64,000 bases of DNA from Candidatus Eiseniibacteriota bacterium (GTDB lineage: Bacteria; Eisenbacteria; RBG-16-71-46; CAVPCR01): the NCBI GenBank assembly GCA_963702435.1, contig CAVPCR010000002.1, positions 96,001-160,000 on the forward strand, written 5' to 3'. The notes under the pieces are model-generated. The model was not told where the DNA came from. It made no database searches and saw nothing but the letters and a program-made list of their open reading frames with translations. Made by a program: the position numbers and the translations under genes. Below are positions 24,886 to 35,619 of this stretch, piece after piece. The first letter of the stretch is position 1, and the number at the start of each line of letters is the position of its first letter.

Positions 24886-25383
24886 ATGGGCAAGGTCGTA
24901 CTCAAGCTCGGGCGTGACATCAGCACCGACGACATCTACCCGGGCCGGTTCATGGCCACGGTGCTGCCCACCGAGACGCCGCAGTTCTGCTTCAACGATC
25001 GCACCGAGTTCAACGCCAAGCTGAAGGCGAAGGCGATCCCGGCCGGCAGCGTCATCGTGGCCGACGAGAACTTCGGCTGCGGCTCGAGCCGCGAGCAGGC
25101 GGTGAGCACCATCCGCGGCCACGAGCTGGTCGTCGTGGCGCGGAGCATCGCCCGCATCTTCATGCAGAACGCCATCAACCTCGGCCTGAACCTCGTCATC
25201 TGCCCGACGATCGAGGCGAACGAGGGCGACGAGCTCGAGGTCGCGCCCGGCAAGGTGCGCAACAGGACGAGCGGGAAGGAGTTCGCGACCATCCCGCTGC
25301 CGCCGGCGCGCCAGGCGATCATCGACGCGGGCGGGCTCATCCCCTACACCCGCAAGAAGCTCATGGAGAAGCCGGCGCGCTGA
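24886..25383 (+). CDS. leuD: 3-isopropylmalate dehydratase-family small subunit
   Basis: DISTDDIYP, NFGCGSSREQA, ARIFMQNAINLG, IIDAGGLI. Confidence 0.93.
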   Translation: MGKVVLKLGRDISTDDIYPGRFMATVLPTETPQFCFNDRTEFNAKLKAKAIPAGSVIVADENFGCGSSREQAVSTIRGHELVVVARSIARIFMQNAINLGLNLVICPTIEANEGDELEVAPGKVRNRTSGKEFATIPLPPARQAIIDAGGLIPYTRKKLMEKPAR

Positions 25384-25714
25384 AGCGCGCCGGCTGCCGC
25401 GGCGAAGCACCGGCCTGGATCCGGGGGCGCACACCCGAGTAGCGGCGTGGGCTCTCCGGCAATGGTCCGCATCGCCGTCGCTGTCGCTCGCGATCCATCG
25501 ACCGCGCCGCCCATCGGAGACGCCGCTCTGCCGCCTCATCGAAGATTGCCAGGAGATCCTCGTCTGCATCCACCACGAGGAGTTCCAGCCCAGCTGCGGT
25601 AGACTCCGCAGCGCCGCCCGGCGCGCGGTGGGAAAGCTCCTCGACTGCGGACTCCCCCACGCCGCGCGAGTTCGGGCGCGGTGCGAGGCGACGTGCGAGC
25701 GGAGGAGGAGATCG

Positions 25715-26437
25715 ATGTTCGACGCGGAACGGCTGCTCTCGGACCTGATCGGCGGGCAGTTCACGGGCCGGCAGCGCAAGCGCAAGCGGTACCGCTATCG
25801 CGGCGGTGGCCTCGGGGGCGCGGTCGGGCACGCGGCGCTGTCGCCGCAGGGGCTGACCATCCTCGGCGGCCTGGCGGTGGCGGCCTACGAGCACCTGCGG
25901 GAGAAGAAGCGGGAGTCCGCCGGCCTGCCGCCGGGGATGCCCCCTCCGCAGCCGGCCGGGACGCCCTCGCTGCTGGCGACCCCGCCGCCGTTCCCGCCGG
26001 CCCCCGCACCCCCCGCTCCCGGCGGCGCGGCCGCCGGCCTGGGAACGGGCGCAGGCGCGCCGAGCGATCCCCATGAGCGAGCGCTGCTCCTGATCGAGGC
26101 GATGGTGCACGCCGCGAAGGCCGACGGGAGGATCGACGAGTCGGAGCGCGCCCGGATCCTCGAGCACCTCGAGCGCGAGGGAGCCGATCCCGAGGCGCGG
26201 GCGCACCTCGAGTCCCTCCTGTCGGGGCCGACCGACCTGGAGCGGATCGCGGTGCGGGTGCGCGATCCGCAGCTCGCCGCGGAGGTCTACGCGGCCACCC
26301 TGATGACGATCGACGCGGACACGCCCGCGGAGCAGGCCTATCTCGCCACGTTGGCGGCGCGGCTCGGACTCGACCCCCGCGTGACCCAGGCCCTGGAGGC
26401 GCGTCTCGAGGCGCACGACGAGGAGTCGCAGCCTTGA
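25715..26437 (+). CDS. DUF533/TerB-like protein
   Basis: LLIEAMVHAAKADGRIDESER, AEVYAA, EQAYLATLAARLGL; RBS GGAGGAG. Confidence 0.85.
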   Translation: MFDAERLLSDLIGGQFTGRQRKRKRYRYRGGGLGGAVGHAALSPQGLTILGGLAVAAYEHLREKKRESAGLPPGMPPPQPAGTPSLLATPPPFPPAPAPPAPGGAAAGLGTGAGAPSDPHERALLLIEAMVHAAKADGRIDESERARILEHLEREGADPEARAHLESLLSGPTDLERIAVRVRDPQLAAEVYAATLMTIDADTPAEQAYLATLAARLGLDPRVTQALEARLEAHDEESQP

Positions 26438-26604
26438 AATGGAAGCCGGCGGTCGAGTCGGTTGATCGCCGCACTCATCACGGCGCGCGCACGGCGCGCG
26501 CTGACACGCTGCGGCTCCCGTTCGTGATCGTCACGTAGTAGACACCGCGCGCGACAGGGCGATCACCGGCGACCAGGTCGGTATCCCCGGCGGGTCGGTC
26601 CAGA

Positions 26605-29600
26605 CTACCGCAGGACGACGATCCGCAGTCCCGAGCTGTCGCCCCCCGCCTCGAGCCGGAGGAAGTACACACCCGAGGGGACGGGCACCCCGCGGATGCC
26701 GTAGCCGTTCCACGAGGCCACATTCTTCCCCGGCGGGCGCTGGCCGTCCACGAGCTCGGCGACGAGCCGGCCCGCAAGGTCGTAGACGCGGAGCTCGACG
26801 TCCACCGGCGCGACCGCCCCCCCTGCCGGCGGCACCACGAACTGGATCAGCGTCACCGGGTCAACGGCCGGCTGGAACACGCTGGGCAAGGCCCGCACGA
26901 TGCGCGGGGCCGCCGGGCCGCCCGGCACATAGACCTGCCGCGGCCCGTAGAGTCGGGGCTCCTGCCCCGCTCTCCGCAGATCTTCGAGGAGATACGCGAA
27001 CAACTCCGCCGGGCTGCCGTCCGCGTCCGTGTAGCTCGAGTCGGGCGGCAGCGGCACTCCCGTGAGGAGCGTGTAGCCCGCCGGCACCCCGTCCGCCGTC
27101 CCGCGGAGGGGGAAGCTCGCGCTCTCCGCCCGCCGGTAGACATTGAAGCCCCGCCCGTCGTAGGGCCGCCCGGCGAAGAACTCCTCGACCTCGTAGGCGA
27201 CCACCACTCGCCCCTCCGCGTCCGTCCCGGGCGTCAGGAAAGTCACCGCATAGGGCTCGGCCGGCGAGACCACGGTCACGTCATCGATGACCCAGCCGCC
27301 GGCGGTGACGGAACCATCCGAGCCGAAGTGGAAGCGGAGCCGGCCGGCGCCCGTCATGCCGGTGAGATCGAACTCGACGCGCTCGAACGCGGTGATCATC
27401 CCCGAGAACGCCTCGCGATCGGCGATCGCGCTCTGGCCATTGCGAATGATGCGGTAGGGATAGCCGCCCACCGGGACGATCTGCTGAAATGGCCCGCCGT
27501 CGAGCGAGAGTTCGACCAGGCCCCCGTCCCAGGCGCGCGTGCCCGCATCCACCTCGGCATCGATCGTGTGCCAGAAGAAGAGGCGACAGGTGCCGTCGAG
27601 CGCGAAGACCGGAGTGTCGAGCCGGGCGTCGGTCAGGTTGCCGTACTTGTTCGAATCCGCCATCGCGCAGCGGAACGCGCTCCCGCCGTTGCGGCCGGCG
27701 CCCTCCGCCACGAACCAGTCGTCGCGGTAGCCGTCTCGGCCGGCCGAGTGGGTGAAACCCTCCGCGCCGTCCTCGAAGTTGGTCGCGAACCCGACCACGT
27801 CGCCGGCGGCGAGGATGACGTCCTCGGTCTCCTCGTAACCGACCGCCGTGTAGCGAAGCCGCAAGGTGAGCGCGTAGGGATCCGCCGGCAGGTCGGCGAC
27901 CTGGTAGGTGAAGGCCCCCGGGACGGCGACCGTGCCGTCCGCCGCGAGGTCGCCCGCGGCCAGCGGGCCGCCGGAGATCGTCACCAGCGGATCGAGGCAC
28001 TCGAGATCGACGAGCACCTGGCGCGCATCGAGTCCCGCGTTCTCGATCTCGACCGCCACCGTGCCGCGCTCGGTCGCATCGAGCCCGCCGTCGCCGTTCC
28101 CCCCGGTCGCGTCGTCGATCGTCAGGCGCACCTTGGCGAGCGCCGGCGCCGTCTCGACCGTGAAGTCCGCCGCGAACGTGGCGCCGGTCACGAGGCGGAG
28201 ATTCTCGACACGCACCTGCGTGTCCGCACCGCCGTAGGAGAGGCTCGCGGGACGCGACGTCGGGGTGAACGCGCCACCGAGGCTGTACGGATCACCCGAG
28301 TCGCCATAGTTGCGCCCGGCCTCGATGTCCCCGCGGCCGTCGGCCTGTTCGAGCGCGACGCGCGGGTGTCCCGGATCGTCGTTGGTCGCCGTCTCCTCGT
28401 CCACGTGCCAGACCAGGAGCCCGCCCACCGTCGTGCTCGTGAACGGGAGCGATCGGTCGAAACCGAGCGGAGCCCGGTTCTCGACGAGGAAGTACTCGCT
28501 CTCCGCACGGCCATTGGTCCACAGGCGGAGGATCTCGCCGCCCGGGACGACGGGTGCGAGCGCGCGGCCGGGGACGTTGTCGGCGAGATCGACCGGCGTC
28601 GCGAAGCCCGTGGCGACCTTCGACCAGGCATCGAGATGCGAGGGACGCGTGCCCGATCCCGGGCCGAAGGCCCCGCCGCTCGCCGAGAGCCACGCGCCGA
28701 GCGACATGACCGACCACACGCCGACCACGCTCGATCCGCCGCCGTCGGTCTCGTAGAGGTCGACGAGCCCCAGGTTGTGTCCGAACTCGTGGGCGAAGAC
28801 CCCGGTGCGTCCATCTTGAGGGTCGAGCATGTAGTTGAAGACACGGACGCCGTCGACGACGAGATCCTCGTCCACCACATTCCAGTAGTGCGAGTGGATG
28901 TCGTTCGGGTTTCCGGTCTCCTCGTAGCCGGGCCCGGCATGGACCACGATGAGCCCGTCCACCGTGCCGTCGTCATCCCCCGAGCTCGGGATGCCGTCGG
29001 GCCCGTCGTTGTCGAACCGGCTCCAGTCGAGCGACGGATCCGCGGCGTCGGCGGCGCGCACCGCGTCCTCGACGAGCTTCTGTCCGTTCTGCGGATACGG
29101 CCCGGTGCCTCGCCGGCCGGCGACGTACTGGCGATACGTCTGCGGCATGCGATGCCACCCCGAGACCTGCCCGGTCAGATCGAAGTCCCCGCGCGAGTTC
29201 TCGAGGTAGTAATCGCGAAGACTCCCCGTCGGGTGAGTGCCCCGGGAGAAGAGGAGGTCCGTGTAGTGATCCGGCACCAGCGACGGGTAGATCCGCCAGT
29301 CGTTGTCGGAGAAGTCGACGAGGAGAACGGGGATGTGCATGTTGCGCGGGACGGCGGCGCCCTTTGCCGCATGCGCCGCCGCGGCGGTGGCGGCCAGGAC
29401 CCCGCGCGCCGGGCGGTCGAGCCCCTGGCGCGCGAGCGCCGCCTGTTCGCGGTCGAAGGCCGCGAGCTCGCCGCGCCGCTCGAGCTCGGCGGCGACGCGC
29501 GGATGGAGCGGCATGGCGGCGGCCGGGCGCACGGCGACCGCGCCCCAGTACAGCACACCGAGAACCGCGAGAGTGCCGACGAGCCCCCGCAACCGCCCGC

Positions 29601-29625
29601 GTCCGATCAAGCTGTTCACTCCCAT
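26605..29625 (-). CDS. Secreted M6-family (immune inhibitor A-like) metalloprotease with C-terminal FlgD/T9SS-like domain
   Basis: Signal peptide, [48 protein letters not shown]-terminus VYDLAGRLV...SGVYFLRL. Confidence 0.92.
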   Translation of the reverse strand: MGVNSLIGRGRLRGLVGTLAVLGVLYWGAVAVRPAAAMPLHPRVAAELERRGELAAFDREQAALARQGLDRPARGVLAATAAAAHAAKGAAVPRNMHIPVLLVDFSDNDWRIYPSLVPDHYTDLLFSRGTHPTGSLRDYYLENSRGDFDLTGQVSGWHRMPQTYRQYVAGRRGTGPYPQNGQKLVEDAVRAADAADPSLDWSRFDNDGPDGIPSSGDDDGTVDGLIVVHAGPGYEETGNPNDIHSHYWNVVDEDLVVDGVRVFNYMLDPQDGRTGVFAHEFGHNLGLVDLYETDGGGSSVVGVWSVMSLGAWLSASGGAFGPGSGTRPSHLDAWSKVATGFATPVDLADNVPGRALAPVVPGGEILRLWTNGRAESEYFLVENRAPLGFDRSLPFTSTTVGGLLVWHVDEETATNDDPGHPRVALEQADGRGDIEAGRNYGDSGDPYSLGGAFTPTSRPASLSYGGADTQVRVENLRLVTGATFAADFTVETAPALAKVRLTIDDATGGNGDGGLDATERGTVAVEIENAGLDARQVLVDLECLDPLVTISGGPLAAGDLAADGTVAVPGAFTYQVADLPADPYALTLRLRYTAVGYEETEDVILAAGDVVGFATNFEDGAEGFTHSAGRDGYRDDWFVAEGAGRNGGSAFRCAMADSNKYGNLTDARLDTPVFALDGTCRLFFWHTIDAEVDAGTRAWDGGLVELSLDGGPFQQIVPVGGYPYRIIRNGQSAIADREAFSGMITAFERVEFDLTGMTGAGRLRFHFGSDGSVTAGGWVIDDVTVVSPAEPYAVTFLTPGTDAEGRVVVAYEVEEFFAGRPYDGRGFNVYRRAESASFPLRGTADGVPAGYTLLTGVPLPPDSSYTDADGSPAELFAYLLEDLRRAGQEPRLYGPRQVYVPGGPAAPRIVRALPSVFQPAVDPVTLIQFVVPPAGGAVAPVDVELRVYDLAGRLVAELVDGQRPPGKNVASWNGYGIRGVPVPSGVYFLRLEAGGDSSGLRIVVLR

Positions 29626-31209
29626 TCGATGGTGGCGGGGGGCTTCGAGGAGAGGTCGTAGACGACGCGGTTCACGCCCGGCACCTCGTTCACGATGCGA
29701 TTCGCCACCCGCCCGAGGAAGTCGAGCGGGAGGCGCCCCCAGTCGGCGGTCATGCCGTCGGTCGAGGTCACGGCGCGGAGCGCGATCACCTGCTCGTACG
29801 TGCGCTCGTCGCCCATCACGCCCACCGTCTTGACCGGGAGGAGCACCGCGAAGGCCTGCCAGATCGTGTCGTAGAGGCCGCTCGCATGCAGCTCCTTGAT
29901 GAAGATATCGTCGGCGCGCCGGGCCACTTCCAGATTCTCGCGATCCACGGCCCCGATCACGCGCACGGCGAGCCCGGGCCCGGGGAACGGATGCCGCCCG
30001 ATCACCGACTCGGGGATCCCGAGCACGCGCCCGACCGCCCGCACCTCGTCCTTGAAGAGCTCCCGCAAGGGCTCGATCAGCGTGAGGCCCATCTTCTCCG
30101 GCAGTCCGCCCACGTTGTGATGGCTCTTGATGGTCGCCGCCGGCCCGCCGGCCGCCGCCGATTCGATGACGTCGGGATAGAGCGTCCCCTGGATCAGGTA
30201 GCGCGCCCCTTCGAGGTGGCGCGCCTCCTCTTCGAAGACCTCGATGAACGCGGCGCCGATGCGCTTCCGCTTCTCCTCGGGATCCTCGATGCCGCGGAGA
30301 CGCTCGAGGAAGAGATCCGCGGCATCCACGTGCTTGACGCGGAGGTGGAAGCGTTCCTCGAGCTCGCGCGTCACCACTTCCGCCTCGCCGGCCCGGAGCA
30401 ACCCGTGATCGACGAAGATCGAGGTGAGGCGCGCGCCGAGGGCCTCTCCCGCGAGCACCGCCGCCACCGAGGAGTCCACCCCGCCCGAGAGCGCGCAGAT
30501 GGCCGTCCCCGCCGGGGCCTCCTCCCGGATCTTAAGAACCGCGGCGGCCGCGAAATTCTCCATGGTCCAGCCGGCTTCCACGCCGGCAGACCCCGAAGAG
30601 GAAGTTGTCGAGGATCTTTCCCTCGTCCTGGGTGTGGACCACCTCCGGATGGAACTGGAGGAGATAGATGGGGCGGGTCCGATGGCGGGCGGCGGCGAAG
30701 CGGCACTCCGTCGTGCGCCCGAGGGGAACCAGGTCCGCGGGCAGCTCGGCCACCGAGTCGCCGTGGCTCATCCAGGCGGGAAAGGCAAGGAGCCCGGCCA
30801 GCACGTCCCCGGGTGCCTCCACCTCCACCTGGGCGAGCCCGTACTGGCGCGTCGTCCCGCGCTCGATGCGCCCACCCAGCATGAGGGCGACGACCTGCAT
30901 GCCGTAGCAGAGGCCGAGGACGGGCAGGCCGGAATCGAGAAGAGCCGGGTCCGGGCGCGGAGCGCCGGGCGTGAGCGCGCTCGCCGGTCCTCCCGAGAGG
31001 ATGACGCCGCGCACCCCGCGCCGGCGAAGCTCGGCGAGCGGCGTGTCGTGGCGGAGGATCTCGCAGTAGACATGCCGCTCGCGCACGCGCCGCGCGATGA
31101 GCTGCGCGTACTGCGAGCCGAAGTCGAGGATGGCGATCGGCACGGCATGGGTGGCCGTTGCGCGGGCGCCGCGACCTGGAGCCGTGGCCGCCGGGCTCGT
31201 CTCAGCCAA
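29616..31209 (-). CDS. guaA: GMP synthase (glutamine-hydrolysing); one frameshift near 30585
   Basis: [58 protein letters not shown]. Confidence 0.97.
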
Positions 31210-31250
31210 GGCGTCTCCTTCCTCTTCCAGTGAACGAGTTCAAACGAATT

Positions 31251-32867
31251 CTAGTGAACGAAGTGCCGCTCTCCGGTGAAGACCATGGCGATGCCCAGGC
31301 GATCGCAGGCCGCGATCGCGTCGGCATCGCGCTTCGAGCCGCCCGGCTGGACGATCGCCGTGATCCCGAGCCGCCCGGCGCTCTCGACCGCGTCCGGGAA
31401 CGGGAAGAAGGCGTCGGACGCGAGGACCGCGCCGCGCACGTCGTGCTGCGAGCGCGCCGCCTTCATGGCCGCCACCTCGACCGAGTCGATGCGGCTCGCC
31501 TGGCCGCCGCCGATCCCGAGCGTGCGATCGGCGCGCGCGATCACGATCGCGTTCGAGCGCACGAGCTTCGCCACCTTGAAGGCGAAGAAGAGCGCGCTCT
31601 TCTCTTCCTCGGTCGGCGCCCGGCGGGTGACGACGTCGCCCGCAAGCGTCGCGCCGGCCGGGAGGAGATCGGGCTCCTCGAGCAGGTACCCGCCGAGGAT
31701 CGAGCGGATGCGCGGCGCGCGCACGGCGCGCTCGAGCGCGGGGAGCGGCACCGAGACGACGCGGAGCGCGGGCTTCTTCGCGAAGAGCGCGAGCGCCTCG
31801 GGCGAGAAGCCGGGCGCGACCACCACCTCGTAGAAATCGCGAGCGATCTCGGCCGCGGTCTCCGCGTCGACGGGGCGCGCCGAGCCGATCACACCGCCGA
31901 AGGCGGAGAGCTGATCCCCGTCGCGCGCGAGCTTGAAGGCGGTGACCGGAGCCTCGGCCACGCCGAGCCCCGAGGGGCTCGCGTGCTTGACGACGACACA
32001 GGAGTCGCCGGGGAACTCGGCGAGCGCGAGGAGCGCCGCGTCGAGGTCGAGGAGATTCGTGTAGGAGAGCTCCTTCCCCTGGTGGATGACGGCGGCGGCG
32101 AGGCCTCCCGCCTCTCCCCCCTCGACGTAGAAGGCGGCCTTCTGGTGCGGATTCTCCCCGTAGCGGAGCGCCCGCTCCTGGCGCGCGCCGAGCGCGAGGA
32201 CCGGCGGCGGGGCCGCGGTCGCCGGCGCCGTGCCGGCGGCGAGACCGGCGAGGCTCGCAGCGACCGCTCCGTCGTACGCGGCGAGGGTCGCGAAGGCGGC
32301 GGCGGCGAGCTTCAAGCGTGTGTCCCCGGAGACGAGGCCGCCCCGCGCCTTGAGCTCGGCGAGCAGCGGCTCGTACTGGTGCGCGCCGGTCACGACCGCG
32401 ACGTGGGCGAAGTTCTTCGCCGCCGCACGCACCATGGTCGGCCCGCCCACATCGATGAACTCGACGAGCTCGGCGAGCCCGGCGGCGCGCGCGCGCGCCT
32501 CGGCGAACGGGTAGAGCGAGCCGATGACGAGATCGATCGGCTTGATGCCGTGGGCGGCGATGTCCCGCTCGTGCTCCTCGAGATGCCGCTGGAAGAGGAT
32601 CCCGGCATGAATGGCCGGATGGAGGCTCTTCACCCGGCCGTCGAGCATCTCGGGATAGCCGGTCAGCTTCTCGACGGCGACGACGTTGAGCCCCGCTTCC
32701 GTGAGGAGCGTCGCCGTGCCGCCGGTCGCGACGAGCTCGACCCCGTGCTCGGCGAGCCCGCGCGCGAGCGGGATCAGCCCGCGCTTGTCGTAGACCGAGA
32801 TGAGGGCCCTGGTGATCTTGACGTCGGCACGGGCCGCCTCGGCCGTGGATGGATGAACGGTGATCAT
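31251..32867 (-). CDS. purH: Bifunctional AICAR transformylase/IMP cyclohydrolase
   Basis: ALISVYDK, GRVKSLHP, IDVGGPTMVRAAAKN, LRYGENPHQ, ASDAFFPFPD, VFTGERHF. Confidence 0.97.
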   Translation of the reverse strand: MITVHPSTAEAARADVKITRALISVYDKRGLIPLARGLAEHGVELVATGGTATLLTEAGLNVVAVEKLTGYPEMLDGRVKSLHPAIHAGILFQRHLEEHERDIAAHGIKPIDLVIGSLYPFAEARARAAGLAELVEFIDVGGPTMVRAAAKNFAHVAVVTGAHQYEPLLAELKARGGLVSGDTRLKLAAAAFATLAAYDGAVAASLAGLAAGTAPATAAPPPVLALGARQERALRYGENPHQKAAFYVEGGEAGGLAAAVIHQGKELSYTNLLDLDAALLALAEFPGDSCVVVKHASPSGLGVAEAPVTAFKLARDGDQLSAFGGVIGSARPVDAETAAEIARDFYEVVVAPGFSPEALALFAKKPALRVVSVPLPALERAVRAPRIRSILGGYLLEEPDLLPAGATLAGDVVTRRAPTEEEKSALFFAFKVAKLVRSNAIVIARADRTLGIGGGQASRIDSVEVAAMKAARSQHDVRGAVLASDAFFPFPDAVESAGRLGITAIVQPGGSKRDADAIAACDRLGIAMVFTGERHFVH

Positions 32868-32922
32868 GAGCCCTCCAGAGGAACCCCCGCTTCCGCCGAT
32901 TCTAGCCGCCGATTCTAGCCGA

Positions 32923-33867
32923 CTAGGCGAGCGGAGGTCCGGTCAGGCGATCGAAGGCCTCGAGGTAACGGCGGCGCGTGCCCTGGACGACCTCGTCCGG
33001 CAGGGGCGGCGCCGGCGGCTCGTGGTTCCAGCCGCTCCCGTCGAGGTAATCGCGAACGTACTGCTTGTCGAAGGCCTCCTGCGCCTGGCCGGGAGCATGG
33101 CTCGCCTTCTCCCAGAAGCGCGAGGAGTCCGGAGTCAGGATCTCGTCGATCACGAGGAGCTCCTCCCCGCGGAGCCCGAACTCGAACTTGGTGTCGGCAA
33201 GGAGGAGCCCGCGCCGCTCCGCGTGCGCCGCGGCGGCCGCGTAGAGCGCGAGTGAGCGCCGCCGAAGCTCGTCCGCGAGCGCGGGCCCGAGCGCCGCGGC
33301 CATCGTCTCGAAGGACACGTTCTCGTCGTGCCCGGTATCGGCCTTGGTCGCCGGCGTGAAGATCGGGGCCGGGAACTTCTCCGACTGGCGGAGGCCGGGC
33401 GGCAGGGCGATCCCGCACACCGCGCCCGATGCCTTGTACTCGCGCCAGGCGGAGCCCGCGAGGTAGCCGCGCACGACGCACTCGAAGTCGACGCGCCGGG
33501 TCTTCAGGCACAGCATGCTCCGGCCGTCGACGAGCTCGGGATGCGCGTTGAACGGCGGCGGGAAGTCCTCGGCAGCCGTCGACAGGAGATGGTGCGCGGA
33601 GCGCCCGGCGAACTCGGCGAACCAGTAGGCTGAGAGCTGCGTCAGGAGCCAGCCCTTCCCCGGGATGCCGGTCGGGAGGATCGAGTCGTAGGCGGAGATG
33701 CGATCGGTGGCGACGATGAGGAGGCGATCACCGAGGTCATAGAGATCCCGCACCTTGCCCGAGTACGTGGGCTTGACGCCCGGCACCTCGACCTTCACGC
33801 GGGCGATCGTGGTGGCGCCCGGCGCCGCGTCGCGACGGGCCGCCGTGGCTTGCTCCGGGGTCCGCAT
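32923..33867 (-). CDS. purC: SAICAR synthetase
   Basis: GKVRDLY, ATDRISAYD, ECVVRGYL, FTPATK, ADTKFEFG, DEILTPDSSRFW. Confidence 0.97.
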   Translation of the reverse strand: MRTPEQATAARRDAAPGATTIARVKVEVPGVKPTYSGKVRDLYDLGDRLLIVATDRISAYDSILPTGIPGKGWLLTQLSAYWFAEFAGRSAHHLLSTAAEDFPPPFNAHPELVDGRSMLCLKTRRVDFECVVRGYLAGSAWREYKASGAVCGIALPPGLRQSEKFPAPIFTPATKADTGHDENVSFETMAAALGPALADELRRRSLALYAAAAAHAERRGLLLADTKFEFGLRGEELLVIDEILTPDSSRFWEKASHAPGQAQEAFDKQYVRDYLDGSGWNHEPPAPPLPDEVVQGTRRRYLEAFDRLTGPPLA

Positions 33868-33911
33868 CTGGTTCCTCTCCATCTTCTTCTTCCTCTGCGC
33901 TGCAGATGACT

Positions 33912-34562
33912 TCACTGGCGATGTGGCGAGCTTCCGACCGGGCCGGCGATCCACACGCGCCGCCCATCGCGCCGGACGCGCCGCGCGGCGAAGTGGCCGA
34001 GCACCTCGACGAGGAGCCGGTGCTCCTCGGCGAGGATGCGCGCGGCGAGGAGATCGCGCGTGTCTTCCGGGAACACCGGGACAGCACGCTGGCCGATGAT
34101 CGCGCCCTGGTCGACGCCGCCCGGATCGACGAAGTGCACCGTGCAGCCGGCGATCTTCACTCCGAAGTCGAGGGCCTGCCGCTGCGCATCGAGCCCCGGG
34201 AACGCCGGCAGGAGCGACGGGTGAATGTTGATGATGGCGTCGGCGAACGCGCCGAGGAACGTGTCGTGGAGGACCCGCATGAAACCGGCGAGGACGACGA
34301 GCTCCACATCGCGCGCCTTCAAGATCCGGACGAGCTCGGCCTCGACGGCGTCCTCGAGGCGGGTGCGGAAGCGGCTCGGCGGGAGGACCACCGTCTCGAC
34401 GCCGCGGCTCCGGGCGCGGGTCAAGGCCTCCGCGTCCGGCTGGTCGCTCACGACGACCCGGAGGTCCGCCGCCAGCTCGCCCCGCGCGATCGCGTCGAGA
34501 ATGGCCTGCAAGTTGGAGCCGCGTCCCGAGACCAGGACGCCGAGGCGGAGCCGTTCGCTCAT
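33912..34562 (-). CDS. purN: Phosphoribosylglycinamide formyltransferase
   Basis: VLVSGRGSNLQA, LAGFMRVL, NIHPSLLPAFPG, GCTVHFV. Confidence 0.96.
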   Translation of the reverse strand: MSERLRLGVLVSGRGSNLQAILDAIARGELAADLRVVVSDQPDAEALTRARSRGVETVVLPPSRFRTRLEDAVEAELVRILKARDVELVVLAGFMRVLHDTFLGAFADAIINIHPSLLPAFPGLDAQRQALDFGVKIAGCTVHFVDPGGVDQGAIIGQRAVPVFPEDTRDLLAARILAEEHRLLVEVLGHFAARRVRRDGRRVWIAGPVGSSPHRQ

Positions 34563-34939
34563 GCGTTCTCGTTTCCCCGGGGTCGGCGCGGTCTCGGCGC
34601 TCCGGCCGGCCCTTCCCGCGGCCCCGGATCCCGGTCCGGCGCCCGCGATCGCGAGTCGACCCCAGCGCCCCGCGCGTGGGGAGCGGAGGCTAGCAGCGGC
34701 TCCCGGACAGGTCAATGGCGGCCGGTTCCGGCCGTCCCGGTTTACAGGACTGGGCCTGCTGTGCTAGAAACATTCGTTCCACAAGTCAGCAAGAGGGTGG
34801 TTTCAGCGAGGCGCGACCGGCCCCCGGCGCCGCTGGGGCGGGCGGTTTCGGTCGCCCCGTGGCCACCCGCCCCGGCCACGCGCCCAGGCGGACGGCCGCA
34901 GCGCACGCAGAGCGCACACGAGGAGAGAGTGCAGTGTCC

Positions 34940-35500
34940 ATGCTTCCGGCAACCCAGCTCAAGGTGGGAATGGTGGTCGCGCACGCGGGCGAGCCCCACC
35001 GCATCACCCAGCTCACCCACGTCACGCCCGGCAAGGGCCAGGCGGTGGTCCACGTGAAGCTGCGCAACCTCCGCAACGGGAGCCAGCAGCAATATCGCTT
35101 CCGCTCGGACGAGAAGGCCGACACGCTCCTCCTCGAGCAACGGAACATGGAGTACCTCTACCACTCCCCGGCCGAGGGCTACGTGTTCATGAACCTCGAG
35201 ACCTACGAGCAGGTTCATGTCCAGGAGACCGTGCTCGGTGACGATGCCAAGTTCCTCAAGGAGAACATGAAAGTCGTCGTCGAGTTCCATGACAACGAGG
35301 TGCTCGCGATCGACCTGCCGACGACCGTCGACCTGCGCATCGTCGAGTGCGATCCGCCGCTCCGGGGCGCCACCGCGTCCGGCTCCGCCAAGCCCGCCAA
35401 GCTCGAGAATGGGATCATCGTCCGCGTCCCCGAGTACATCACGGCGGGCGAGGTGGTCCGCGTGGACACGCGGGACGGCACCTACGTCGAGCGCGCGTAG
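34940..35500 (+). CDS. efp: Elongation factor P
   Basis: HVTPGKGQAVV, YLY, FMNLETYEQ, KPAKLENG, VDTRDGTYVERA. Confidence 0.96.
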   Translation: MLPATQLKVGMVVAHAGEPHRITQLTHVTPGKGQAVVHVKLRNLRNGSQQQYRFRSDEKADTLLLEQRNMEYLYHSPAEGYVFMNLETYEQVHVQETVLGDDAKFLKENMKVVVEFHDNEVLAIDLPTTVDLRIVECDPPLRGATASGSAKPAKLENGIIVRVPEYITAGEVVRVDTRDGTYVERA

Positions 35501-35619
35501 CGCGGCCGCGCACCCGGACCGGTTCGAGCAAGCAGGAGGCGATCTCCCTCGTTCCGAAGAAGATCGCCTCCCGAACCTGCCGCTTGACGTCGATCGTTCC
35601 GTACTTGCGGACAGCCGTA

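Noticed and set aside
20292..25383. Canonical leuABCD operon
   Set aside because: The DRE-TIM gene has HMG-CoA lyase motifs (GLGGCPF, SFVHP) rather than LeuA, and a CoA-transferase is embedded.
25384..25714. Possible small gene or remnant between leuD and the DUF533 gene
   Set aside because: No clear start, RBS or recognisable motif.
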